Below the pieces are notes generated by a model. It did no database searches. It saw only the letters and a program-made list of their open reading frames with translations, and was not told where the DNA came from. A DNA stretch of 34,672 bases, from the NCBI GenBank assembly GCA_043228905.1, contig JBHGNT010000327.1:1-34672 (forward strand). The letters run 5' to 3'. This document shows positions 21,201-31,103 of the stretch, in pieces. The position numbers and the translations under genes were made by a program. How positions within the stretch are numbered: the first letter of the stretch is position 1; the number at the start of each line of letters is the position of its first letter. The DNA comes from Azolla caroliniana. Its lineage: Eukaryota > Plantae > Polypodiophyta.

Positions 21201-23216
21201 AAAGAGTGCAAACATCATGGATTTAAAATACAGTCTTCGAAATGCAGTCATTCATTCATAACTTGAAAGTCAACAGATGTAAAACAAAGAAATGCCATAA
21301 GAACTCAAAAGACAATGTACCATCTTCGCCACATATAAAGACAGGATGAAGTCTTTGTGCCAAAGAAGAGCAGGAGCACATTGGATTTTCTTTATAAGCA
21401 CATTGAAAGTTTCATGCAAACAAAATGATGATATACACTTACTGTCTTCCGATCAAATGCTGAAATATTGTCAACCATTGTCGATGATGTTATTTTGAAA
21501 ATATCTACATTTTTGTTCAAATGTCTCTGGAACAAACAAAGTAGAATCCATTTAAATGGGAATAGAAAAACCTTGTTGATACTCTTATGCTACATTCAAA
21601 CTTATGTAGGGATAGCAAAAACAATGGGCAAACTTAGACCAAACGGTTAGCTTTGAGTTCACTCACTTTCATATTTTGTTGTAGGGATAGCAGAAACTGA
21701 GAGATGTCCTTCAAGGATAGCCGCAATATCCTGGATTTGAAATACAGGAGCAAAACATGTTCATCATCACTGAGAACCTCCACCTTCAAAATGTCGACAA
21801 AATTCATTCTCTTTGACTGATGTATCTGCAAAAAATGGCACAAACAAGAGTTTTTCATAGAAGCTATTAAGAAAATTAATTTATTGGAGGAATTCCAAAA
21901 TGTTCCTTATTTCCTATTGATTTCCCCAAATACCCTAAATCTCCAGTATTTGCCTATAATCAATCCAAAAAATAAGGAAGGGGACAAATTGATCATATAT
22001 ATAATTTTCTCAAGAGGGGAAGCTGACAAGGGGCATTGGAAACAAAAGAAAACTTCAAAGGATATTTCCCAGAGGTTTTATCTTTTATTTTTTGTTATTC
22101 AACATCAGATTCTGACTTTTTAGGGCACAGAATTTTTTAATGGGAAATAATTAAGAATGCCAAAAAGATTACATGGCGGTGTTCCTGCCGTACTCCTGTG
22201 CTTATCATCTTCACAATTGAAGCAGAACGCACTCTCAACACTGTATCTACCAATCCGCCTCGTTGGTGACTGTGCTTTTTCAGAGGAAAATCAACACCTA
22301 TACAAGACATGTAAACTTCAGGTCATCTCATCTTGCCGAATCTTCATTCGAGCTCAAAAGACATCTTGCAAAAAAAATCATGCTTAGGATGTTTCAAAAT
22401 TGAGGCACTTAGGTTATTCAGGGATTTTGTGCAACTGTGTGTGTCTTTGTTTCTAATTTATTGAAAACTTATAGATTAGCCCATATGTGGTAGCTATATC
22501 TGTTCTCTTTTTCAGTAAAACGAAAATGAAATGATATTCATGATTGCATCCAATCCTCTTTAATTTCATCAACTTTCAGAAATAGCATTCTGAATTACAT
22601 TCATCTCTGCAAAGAATTGATATCCACTATTTGCATGTCGATTTGTCATCATCCTATGGAGCAATGTTCCCATAACATAAGAATTAACACTCACATTTGC
22701 ATATTAATTTATCATCATCATCCTATGCAAAAATAAATGCTGTAACAGAAGTTTTATCTGTACTTCAATGAAGATAAACCGTCCTGTACTCTTGTTACTG
22801 ACATAACTAGAATGTGTTGCATCACATATTTATACAAACACACAAGAATAACAGAAAGGAAAACATATTTGGGTCAAAGTAGTAAATCTCAGTGACATAC
22901 CAGAACTATCGACATCATCAAGTTTGTTGAGGATAGCAGTTAGAAGGGCTGATCTTGAATCGCACAAAAACTTGAGGGTTTCAGTTCTCCCATTGATGTG
23001 GACGACATCGAATTTGAACTCGAGATCATCATCTAGAGATGGCAATACATTAGACATCCACTCAAACTGATACTCAATGTAAGAGGAGGATGGGTTAGCA
23101 ATTGAAGAGATCGAGATCCCATCCTCTAGAATCCTAAGAATTCTCGTAACTCCCTTTGATAAGCGCCCCCCACCTCCAAGGCCTGACGGCCTAACAAGGA
23201 AGACTTGATAATCCAT
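2832..23216 (-). CDS. Divergent RME-8/DNAJC13/GRV2(KAM2)-like protein lacking a J-domain; 32 exons, ~2407 aa
   Basis: Exons reconstructed by hand, all GT-AG and phase-consistent: 23216-22901, 22297-22173, 21825-21667, 21526-21443, 21118-20979, 20909-20687, 20603-20499, 20398-20329, 20239-20127, 15090-14980, 14881-14780, 14690-14610, 14528-14449, 14202-14139, 14051-13896, 13783-13736, 13650-13534, 13454-13349, 13254-13172, 13095-12910, 12826-12650, 12564-12287, 12144-12016, 10493-10325, 10167-10048, 9961-9766, 9642-9536, 9351-9244, 9161-8977, 6297-6139, 6057-5871, 5771-2832 (total 7224 nt). RME-8 hallmarks occur in order: N-terminal ETLKFLCDSRSALLT, LQRLLASRPCF, ELANKGAVMS, IWN1 ETPILLWNDAKRTELKE, IWN2 SPEVIWSAEMRERL..PLMYPELSE..FYLENLLDSDRFPNYQINDPLQFL, IWN3 HPEGIWTYDMRVELL..YECLNEEFLAAGLFVR, IWN4 SPRLVWDEDSR..PELYLGGFFIDQFLRNP. 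The start ATG (23216) is the most plausible one; upstream exons cannot be excluded. Confidence 0.88.
4858..5097 (-). repeat. Coding acidic tandem repeat (10-12 aa units) including a near-perfect 99-bp duplication
   Basis: Units EVEQKEHLTGD/EVEQNEQVSD/EPEQKEQISDD/EVKQKEKLPDED/GVEQNEQVSD/EPEQKEQISDD/EVKQKEKLPD/EVEQ. Nucleotides 4868-4962 are identical to 4967-5061. Confidence 0.95.
6546..6757 (+). repeat. Degenerate minisatellite, ~19 units of 10-12 bp, consensus (G)TTAATCYCTGY
   Basis: ttaaatcctgc gttaatatgtgc ttaatctccac attaatctcta ttaagtctac gttaatctctgt agaatccctgt ... actaatctctgc, inside intron 29. Confidence 0.7.
7616..7889 (+). repeat. ~135-140 bp diverged tandem duplication in intron 29
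   Basis: caag.tcaagatatgag...caaacccttt...gtgatata.aatggtc..tgacaatggc.aagatatcagat...tgttggaaccccaaggga..tgcaaaca occurs twice (7616-7758 and 7759-7889). Confidence 0.85.
8125..8689 (+). mobile_element. LINE family A 3' fragment (ORF2 C-terminus + 3' UTR) with (CT)n(CA)n tail
   Basis: Aligns by eye with 11005-11555 and 17839-18412 (ctagaactcaaga, acaatcacaacttt, ccattatctc..aggtgcttccctcacttcagaga, acttgagaatcttacatgt). Ends aggccattttggtctcttaaaagg.attaata + (CT)n(CA)n. Confidence 0.8.
8695..8857 (+). mobile_element. Short LINE/SINE-like 3' end (family D) with palindromic stem and (TTTC)(TC)n tail
   Basis: AGGTCAAATTTGACCT at 8788-8803, followed by ctgaagttgataataaaa and tttctttctctctctc. 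This is the same layout as the other LINE 3' ends, and it starts right after the family A tail. Confidence 0.5.
10650..11560 (+). mobile_element. LINE family A, 5'-truncated (RTE/RTEX-like ORF2 C-terminal zinc-finger region + 3' UTR), intron 23
   Basis: Degenerate translation GQL*TSSHQLDIKVARYAQIPLEKRICKSCHLGVES..YVCHCAVFYEIRGRYHCLF matches the non-LTR ORF2 C-terminal motif RxSxHxLxIExGR..CxxC..E..C..Y..IR. The 3' end is aggccattttggcctcttaaaagacatcaata (from 11510). The 5' boundary is approximate. Confidence 0.8.
14219..14401. repeat. 3 x 61-bp tandem repeat in intron 13
   Basis: aaagaaa.cat.aa.aag...ttgctgatttcatgattataa.tatt.aa.agttatg.c at 14219-14279, 14280-14340 and 14341-14401. Confidence 0.92.
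15153..15246. repeat. Compound microsatellite (CT)38(CA)9
   Basis: Read directly; it lies ~60 bp from the exon 10 acceptor. Confidence 0.97.
15247..15486 (+). mobile_element. LINE family A, very short 3' fragment
   Basis: tgctagagatctttcgaagacaaa..aacttgagaatctcacatgtgcc..tggtcttataggccattttggtctctcttaaaagacattaatatttctttctttct, near-identical to 18170-18412. Confidence 0.85.
15487..16754 (+). mobile_element. LINE family B, 5'-truncated ORF2 pseudogene (RT thumb + C-terminal Zn finger), RTE/RTEX-like
   Basis: ORFs 15520-15876, 15999-16316 and 16329-16604: FEYLGIDV, LKLLLFNAMVTQVLLYGVEV, MPEHRLPHLA, LRTRSHKLCIEVALW..CKVCKEGLVEDEYRLLFTCSVYNAIHESY. Interrupted by frameshifts and stops. 3' stem gggtcaatattggcct at 16696-16711, tail tctctcacacacac. 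Confidence 0.9.
16755..17838 (+). mobile_element. LINE family C: one 5'-truncated copy followed by two further tandem 3' fragments
   Basis: From ~16780 it translates IRAKYYDILGPSPTLSKLLDTANIKTLGRYIFELKQHRQNKL, comparable to family A YFLLELKRHREKL and family B SYDDIL. The 3' end cccattttgttgtaa.c..attgtctcatg.gccaa.tttgg.cttaga occurs three times (stems at 17391, 17524, 17812). 17138-17255 is repeated at 17568-17690. Confidence 0.78.
17839..18412 (+). mobile_element. LINE family A 3' fragment (best-preserved copy) with (TTTC)4 tail
   Basis: Open frame YFLLELKRHREKLLTNTATQAHPQRTITTLFSP...RHRRCFPHFRDISILD*. Stem aggccattttggcct at 18364-18378. Confidence 0.85.
18660..19446 (+). mobile_element. 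Older, more decayed LINE family A copy
   Basis: tatgtttgccattttgctgctttttatgaaataagacagagataccact (~18849-18897) matches 10904-10950. It ends gccattttggcctcttaaaagacatta + T/C-rich tail. The 5' boundary is approximate. Confidence 0.72.
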
Positions 23217-24205
23217 TGCACTTGTTACCAACAAATAACACCTAATATCACTTGTTTCTCATGTACGATTTTGGTCTGGGTTGCTTGTTGGTGTTTCCCA
23301 TAGACTTGGAAAATATCTTCAAATTGGCCCCAATTCAGAATACCCTCTCGGTTTTTTCTTTATGAGAAAATTTGTGTTTGTCAAGACTCTGAGAGAGGAA
23401 GATATTTGATCACTTCAAAAGATCCTCCGGTTTATGTGCTATTTTTATTTGTTGGCAAAAACAAAGATTTTCTTGTAGATACTGAGAGATCTCAAACTCG
23501 ATTCAACATCCTCTGTTTCATTTGCTATTTGATAAGAATGATGATGATGGAAAGATATTGAGCATTAACCTTGAGAAGTAGATCTAATGCAACCAAATTT
23601 ATTGAAAGCGGTATAAAATCTTGTTGATATAATATATATGTATATGTATGTTGCTATTGTTATGCAACAGGTTATGAGGAATCAAAAACAGAGGGGATTG
23701 CGAGAGGAAAAGGGAACCCAATTTCATAAAATGGATCAAACGGGAGTTGAGGAAATCAAATCAAAAAGGAAAGAAGAAGAAGAAGAAAGTGTCAAAATAT
23801 AATCTATAAAAAGGATAGATTTATATACATGGAAGTGTTTAGGACAGAGAAAATGTCAATGAAAGAAATCTTCAACTTGTGATTCGTGAAGAAGAAGAAA
23901 TGGGAAGGAAAATTTATTTGTTTTCTGAAATCAATTTGTTCCTTTGTTTAATATCGCGTCTGTTTCACACGTGTGAACCTCTCTGCTCCAAAGTCAGTTC
24001 CACAGAAACCGATAATCCTAACCCCAGACCTCTCAACGATTATGGATTTTATTAGTCTTAGTAAATTAATATGTAGTAGTAGTAATAAACCAATTTGATT
24101 CTGAGAAGAAGAAGAAGAAGGCGCAAGACAGTAAAAAGCAAGCAGCCATCGCTGAGAGGGAGGGGATTTGACCTAAGACGAGAGAACAAGGAAATAAAAT
24201 AAATA

Positions 24206-24226
24206 AAACCCTAACCCTAACCCTAA
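24206..24226 (+). promoter_or_regulatory. Telo-box (AAACCCTA) extended as (CCCTAA)3, ~1 kb upstream of the RME-8-like ATG
   Basis: aaaccctaaccctaaccctaa read directly. Function as a telo-box is inferred from position only. Confidence 0.4.
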
Positions 24227-24438
24227 TTATCTCTTCCCTCCCCCCGTCCCAAAGGTCTATCTGTCTGTGTATGTTAAGAATCAAATGATAGAGAGAGAAA
24301 TGAGGCCTCAAAAATCGCTCCCATCTTCATTTATTTATTTATTTGATTCTTTTTTATTCAACAGCATTTACTCGAAATTTCTTCCTAAACATTGATTTAA
24401 TAATAGCCCCCATTTTCTTTTTTCTTATTATTCTTCTC

Positions 24439-24800
24439 TTTTGTTTTTGTGTTCTGCTTTTTCTGCTTTCTGCTTTTTTGCTTTTTTGCTTTTTTGCTTT
24501 CTGTTTTTCTGCTTTTTGCCCCATGCTTATTGCTTCTTGCTTTTCTTTTCTTTTCTTTTATCTCATTTTTGAACACTAGTAATTTGCTGCATCCGTAGAT
24601 TTTTTCTTATTTCTCTTCTTCGTTTTTTCGGGTGTTTTTTCCTTTCTTTTTCATTTTATGTTTAAAAATGAAGCCCCTTTTATTGTTTTTTTCTTTGATG
24701 CTTAAAAATATCTACATATTTCTCTTCTCTTAGTTCATTTTTTTGTAATGTTTAATTTAATCTCTCTCTTTTTTCTTATGCATTTGATGAAAATAAATAA

Positions 24801-24834
<34 letters not shown>

Positions 24835-24990
24835 CATATAAAAGAAAAAAGAAAGGTAAAGAAAAAGAGAGGGGGGGTAAAAGCTTCTGTTTTTTCTCTC
24901 CAAAAAAGAACAAATCCATGCAAGGATTGCATGGGAGAACCCAAACCCCACCACCCCCCCCCACACACACACAAACACAAACACAAACCG
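24439..24990. repeat. Low-complexity tract: (T4-6[C]TGC)-type repeats, (TA)n, poly-C/(CA)n/(CAAACA)n
   Basis: ttctgctttttctgctttctgcttttttgc.. at 24453-24519; (AT)n at 24801-24826; ccccaccacccccccccacacacacacaaacacaaacacaaa at 24946-24987. Confidence 0.85.
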
Positions 24991-27900
24991 GCTTTGTCGG
25001 AGCTTTCGAGCTTTACAGTCGGTACCAAGGAAAAAGCTTTGTTTCATCCGTGATGCCTCCTCCTCATTCCTAGTTTTTATTTCCCCTCTCTGCTCGACAC
25101 ACCAAAGTATACTCCTACTGAAATGCCAACCATTCGCGCATGTCTGGTTCTCGGCATGACATTCTCGATGTGATCCTGATCCTCCCTCTCTCTCTCTCTC
25201 TCACTCACACATATGTCACCTACACCACCAACATCCCACCCTCACTCTCTCCCACCCCCCCCCCCTCCTTCCAACCTAACCTAACACACGAGACAATATA
25301 GGTAAGGCTCTTATCTATATTTCATCATTATATGTCGCAATGCAATATAGTACATTATGTGTTTCTCTTTCGTGTTGCTCTTTGCAGAGTAGAATGAATC
25401 CCTTGCTTTTTTGTAGCGTATGTCCATTGGCATAGTGCTCCTTCCCACGGATGAAGTTTGGTGTTGATAGGTCAAAATCAAGGTTCTGATCGAATGCCGT
25501 CACTTTTGAATTAGTCCATATGAATCACTTGAATGTGTCCATAGGAAACATAAAAAACATGCATTTCTTGAAAAAAACCCTTTAACTTTGTGTGGGTTTT
25601 TAGAAAAATAATAATAAAAGAAGCATTCGAATCTCCCTAATTGTTTCGTGTGGGAAAAGGAAACCTATACATTTTAGTATTCTCCATCTTCATGAGTTCT
25701 TGCATGGATTTGTAAACAGATGTTTACAGTCTCGTTCTCGTGCAACATGCACGCACTCCATCGTTGTTCATCTCTCTTTTGTCAAAACTGAAATCTTCAT
25801 CGAATAACTTTTGGGTTTGTGTTTTCACACTTTGAATTAGGAAAATGTGTCAATGTTGTAAAGCCCGTTTTCTAGGAGCAACCTCATAGTGTGCATGATC
25901 TCAAACTAAAATATGGAAAGCTTTAATAATGAACAAAACATCAAACCCATTGCCCAAGTGTGAAGCACATAAATTACAATTACACCTAGAATTTCCGTGT
26001 ACCAACCTTATCAATCGATAGGTAATCATGTATCCAACATGTAAAAAAATACTCTCGTATAACCTATAAAGGTAAAGATTTCACGGTGTGTTGTAACACA
26101 CGATGTTTTGTTTGATCGAGATAATACCGACATCAATTCACGATAAGCATTGAAACTCAGACCTTCATGTCATCTATTGCCCTGATGATTATTGACTCAC
26201 AACGAATAAGTACGTGAATGGATGTATCGTCATTTAACACTTTAATGTGTACTTTTCAACTTATGCTCATTGTTTTGAGTATGAACAAAGATTTCACTCG
26301 GTATAAAAATCCTTTTTCTAAACGGACGTTGGTTGGCATGATCACAAAAAAGTGCATTATCAAAATGTGAAAGAATTCTAATGTTTGCGAGAGTGAGAGT
26401 CTAAAGGTTAAAACGTCATTTTTAGAAAAAGGACACTTCAAAAGACATGTATGAATAGTACAAATTGTGTCAATCGTGGAACAAGGATTGTTAAAACGGA
26501 GTGTTTCGCATATATTTACTGCTTGTATGCTTTTAGTTTTTAATCATCTTCATTGGTGGGATGTTGCATGACTATCATGTCGGTTCATGGACATTTCTAT
26601 ATGTGTAAATATGTGGCCATTTATCAAATACATCTCAAATTCATAGATATAAAAGCATTTTTGTTGTTTTAAACATTTGGCTATTTAATAAGCTTAATTT
26701 GGAGAGATTTTGCATTATTATAAGATGATTTCTCCATCCATATGAAGCTCAAATGATCTTATGATCCAAGTTCATGAGGCACAAGTATGCAAGAATGGCT
26801 CCTCAATATTGTACCCCACAATATGAAATTCACTAAAGTTAAAAGTATATGGGATGATGTGCAATAACACGTTCTTGATTTTATAAGAATATCACCACCT
26901 TCATCATCAAAATAAAAATGAATGATGAAAAGCATAATTGCATCCATGGGGATCTTGCATGTACCCATGTATTGAAGAGACCATCATGATTCGTTTAATT
27001 GACATAAAGTAAGGAGTATTTCTTTATGCGCTTCAAATTTAAAATGTCAAGGAATTAATTAGATCGACAACCATTGAATGCATTGGATTCTCGTTGTTAG
27101 GTTCAAAACTCACTTTAAACTTCACTACATTTTCAAAATCACTCTTGGACAAGTGTTTCTTTTGTGCGACATGCGATAATATTTAATACTTACAATTTTC
27201 ACGAAGACATACTTGGAACTTGGAGGAGTGGCATTCAAACGATTTAATCTCGCAAGTATTTCATCGAAGATCCCGAAACGTGCCATTGTTCCATTCTCAC
27301 ATTGAAAATTAATCTAGCATTCCCTATGAACACAAACTAACGAAAAGGCTAAATTAATGGAGGTTAAATGTGAATGTGCCCCTCGTTGCCAATTGGGTTT
27401 TCAGGAGGACTAAATTATCAATTATGTGAGCATCAACGGATGCGGTATTCCTCATGAACATCAACATATGTCAAGAGCTTGATCACGAATGAGTTAAACC
27501 CCTCTATTCAGTGGTCATGGGGTATAAGGCCCTTTCTCGCCATAAATATCGTGTGTGAACATAGGTTTTTGCACCCATGTTGTATATGTGGATAAATTGT
27601 GGGGCGTCAAGTGATAACCTTTAGATTACGAAACTCATGTTTTTGCGATTACACCCATTGTATTATTTTTCTTAGTGCATTTGATTCATTGCCTCTTCTT
27701 TATGATAATTTTCTCCATTTCCTTGCCCCCTCCCCAACTCACGCGCACCCCCCATCCTTTACTGCTAGGTTAAGTACACATTATTGGAATTTCTTTCCTT
27801 TAAGTATTTTGGTTTGATTTTGTAATAGATGAATCCCCTAATAAATGTGCATGACAACCTCTCGAGGATATGTAGCCTTGTTTTATTGAGTAGAACACGT

Positions 27901-30139
27901 TGATTATGAACGCTTATTGTGTACACAAGCAATTTAAGAAAGACAATGAAACTGTCTTCATCAAATAGAAACTTTGTTTGCTCCTTTTTTGTGATTGCAA
28001 TGGCCTAGGCACCATCAATTTATTTGGAACATAGTATTCAAACAATTTTGTTTCACTTGTACAACAATCATGCGATGTAAAACAAAACTTTCAAGAGGGT
28101 AGTAGGTGCATCAAAATTTCATGAAAAAATCATGCATGGCCTCAATCTTTTGTCATGTTGTTGGCCAGTAATATAAATTTCATTGAGTTCTAGCATACAT
28201 GTGTATAAGATCGTGGTGGATTATGATTTAAACTATAGGTTGGGTTATTTTTCTTCATTTCAACATATATGCATACAACAAGTATATAGGATGTTTGTCA
28301 ACCCATGTCTTTATGGCCTCTAATTCACGAGACATATGGACAACAACTTTTTTATGATATAGAACTCACTATGCATATATAAATTTACATAGATGACAGG
28401 TTGGTGGAAGCACTTCTTTTACTATATATGACTTATAAAATATATACAAAACCCTTCTTCCTTTTTCTTTTTCTTTTTCATTTACTTTATTTAACCTCCT
28501 TCCAATGATAAATTCACTTGCCAAAACTTGACCAATTTGTTCATCAAATCACTCTGAGCTTCAATAGCAATATGTTAAATGCATACCTATCACAAGAGGT
28601 AGCAATTTTTATCGTCATATGTGAGTTGTCATCCATTTCAATGTTTGTGGCCACCTTCTCTAATTTGTGCCAATTTTGCTTATATTCTAGTTCTTTAATA
28701 AACAAGGATAATTCATCAATTCTTTAACTAGGTTGAGGTGACACTCTTACTTGGAAGCTTGCTCTTGGATTTACGAAGCTAAAAAAGAAACGTTATTATT
28801 TGTAATTATAATTGTAGATAGTCAAGTTTATATGTAAAAACCTAACCTTACGACAAAAAAATGTAAGATATCTTAGTTGTGATTCTTCTAGCCTATTGGA
28901 GAATTCTACTCATGTGTTGTATATATACATATCGCAAGCTCATGTGTCTCTTAAGTTTGGGCCCATGACTCCTACTTTAGTGGGTCTGGAGTCTGATAGC
29001 AATCAATTCTTTGACTCGTTTATGGGTTGACATATTAATAATTCTTGGTTTAATTTGTTAATATAGTGGCTAGAGGATACATGGGTTTGGCCTTAGATTT
29101 TTTCAACATACTGCAAATAGTTGCATGTGTGGATGGTTCAACATGGGATCCCTATCAGCATAATGTGGGTATGAGGGCTCTCTTGTCATACCGATGACAT
29201 GTTGTCGTCCATTCCTTATGCTTGCAACATAAGGTTTACGTTGTTTTTGAGACAAGAACCCTCTTCATAATTTGTATGTTACCGATGGTGAAGATGGAGA
29301 TGTTTGCTTTTCCAAACAATAACCCTCTTTGTAAGGTTTATATTGATAATGATGAAAGGAGAATAAACATGCCAACTTCAACAACTATGCTTTATTTAAC
29401 ATGTTTGTTGTTTCTCTTTGAGGGGTGGAACCATATGTGCTATTGTTGTGGTTCCATTGTTATCCATACTTTGATGGGGCATTCTTTCTTAGTTGAGAGT
29501 GGATCGTATATTAAGATTAGAGATAGAGAAATGGTGATAAAGTAGAGGTACCAACATAAAAAATGTGGAACCCCAATTAATTAATTCAATGTGTTCACAT
29601 CACAAGAAAAAGCTTCACATGCCCTCTCATGTGATTAATCAAATGTAGATGCCAAACCGAAACATGTTAGCTACATAAGCATACAAGGGAATCCTCGTCC
29701 CTTATGAAACAATAATAAATATAATTCAAAGATACACTAATAAACGAATAATGTGAGAATAAATACTTCATATATGTGGAATATATTGCGAGGGATTATG
29801 TAGTATGAGATTATTGAGTATTCCATCAATTGTCATATTTAAGGGGGAATTGTGGTTTGTTGAATGATACATTGTCTCATGTGAGAGTGACAAAGTTTGT
29901 AGCAGCATCTGGTTCTAGAGAACATCATCATGCTCATATCAGTGCAAGTGTAATTCATGTGAGCACCATGAAAGAAAGCTTGTTAAGCCTTAGTTTCCAC
30001 GCGCACCTAAGATTTGATTAGCCATGATGTTGCTTCAAGGAAATACACGAAGATGACTCATCCTCTTCAAGATTCGTTAATGATGTGAACTATCTTATGA
30101 TAACGGCTATCACATATGATGACAAATGCAAACGAAATT

Positions 30140-30330
30140 GGAAAAGTGAGACTTGGTATATGGCAACTCAACCCAAAGACAATAAACATTGTTTTGCAAA
30201 TGGGTCATTGAGATGGAGGTTACTTAAAATGACGTCGTAGTGATACACATAGGTCTAGAATGGTTGCAAATGGTTTCCAGAAAATGAAGAGTATTGTGCA
30301 TTAACTTTGATGATCGTTGGCTCTACATAA
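30140..30330 (+). mobile_element. Ancient copia RT remnant
   Basis: With frameshifts it reads KSETWYMATQPKDNKH..CKWVIEMEV*NDV...RSRMVANGFQKMKSI, resembling the copia RT start (N.TWDLV.LPK.K..IGCKWV.K.K....YKARLVAKGF.Q..GID). It is truncated at the young LTR. Confidence 0.55.
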
Positions 30331-30334
30331 AGAG

Positions 30335-30828
30335 TGTCGAAGATGGTAACTTAATCGTTACCTAACTCGGTGACAATGGTATGCTCAACACTCGAGGAGT
30401 CGAAATAAAGTTTAAGAATTTCATTTGCCATAAAGTATTCAAGGGTGTAAAGAATCAAGAGATGGATTCTTATGAAGCGGAAGAGATGTGAGTTATGTGT
30501 GTGTGTAAGAGAGAGAGAGAGAGAGATAGTGAAACACAGAGAATACGCAAGGTAAAAGTATATTGACAAAGGAGAAAGACTCAACATCATACAAGGTGGG
30601 ATGAGGGTGCTTTATATAGTCACCCTCTCTCTTCATTAACTACAAGACTCATGGAGCATGGGGAATGTGAAAGGTCATAAGTTATGTGTCATAGAATATG
30701 ATTCTATGACTCATACTAAATGCTAGAATACAAAGAGGTGACTTAATGGTGACTCTTGACTGTTGGAGTGTCTATTCACTCTCAAGGTGAGTTCACACAC
30801 AAGACCAAGTTGAGCTTGATTCTCAACA
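30335..30828 (-). repeat. 3' LTR of the copia element (~494 bp)
   Basis: On the minus strand it begins TGTTGAGA (30828) immediately after the PPT and ends ..TTCGACA (30335), giving imperfect TGTTGA/TCGACA inverted termini. It contains TATATAAA (30618-30611) and a (TC)n/(AC)n tract. The left boundary cannot be confirmed without the 5' LTR. Confidence 0.75.
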
Positions 30829-30840
30829 CGCCCCCTCAAG
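30829..30840 (-). other. Polypurine tract (PPT)
   Basis: Minus strand CTTGAGGGGGCG directly abutting the TG of the LTR. Confidence 0.8.
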
Positions 30841-31103
30841 CTCAAGTCGGGTCGGTTTCAGACGGTATCCGAAATCCGCTTCGACTTGTGTTCCAGAGTC
30901 CACGTCGACTCGTGTCGACTCGCTTTATGCGAAATTGCGGAATCCGTGCTCCAGCTTGCGTTGTGCGTAGTTGCGAAGTTTGTGCTTCAACTTGCGTCTT
31001 TCTTCACGGCTTTGCATGGTAGATTAGCTCTTCGCGGCTTCGTTACGTGGTTGTGTAATCCACGTGTTCTTGTGTAGTGTGCGCAACTCACGGAATCCAC
31101 GCG

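Noticed and set aside
21321-21390. Possible extra exon in intron 4 ending at ATG|GTAC
   Set aside because: Exon 4 (phase 0) joins directly to CAG|GGAGGG at 21118, giving a sensible reading; the extra exon is not needed and lacks a good acceptor.
24066-25053. Several 64-101 aa ORFs (F/L-rich, IY-repeat, poly-G)
   Set aside because: Translations of microsatellite and low-complexity DNA, with no family motifs.
25180-25310. Plus-strand 5'-UTR-like exon (CT tract then AG|GTAAGG at ~25302)
   Set aside because: No downstream coding exons could be found; unsupported without transcript data.
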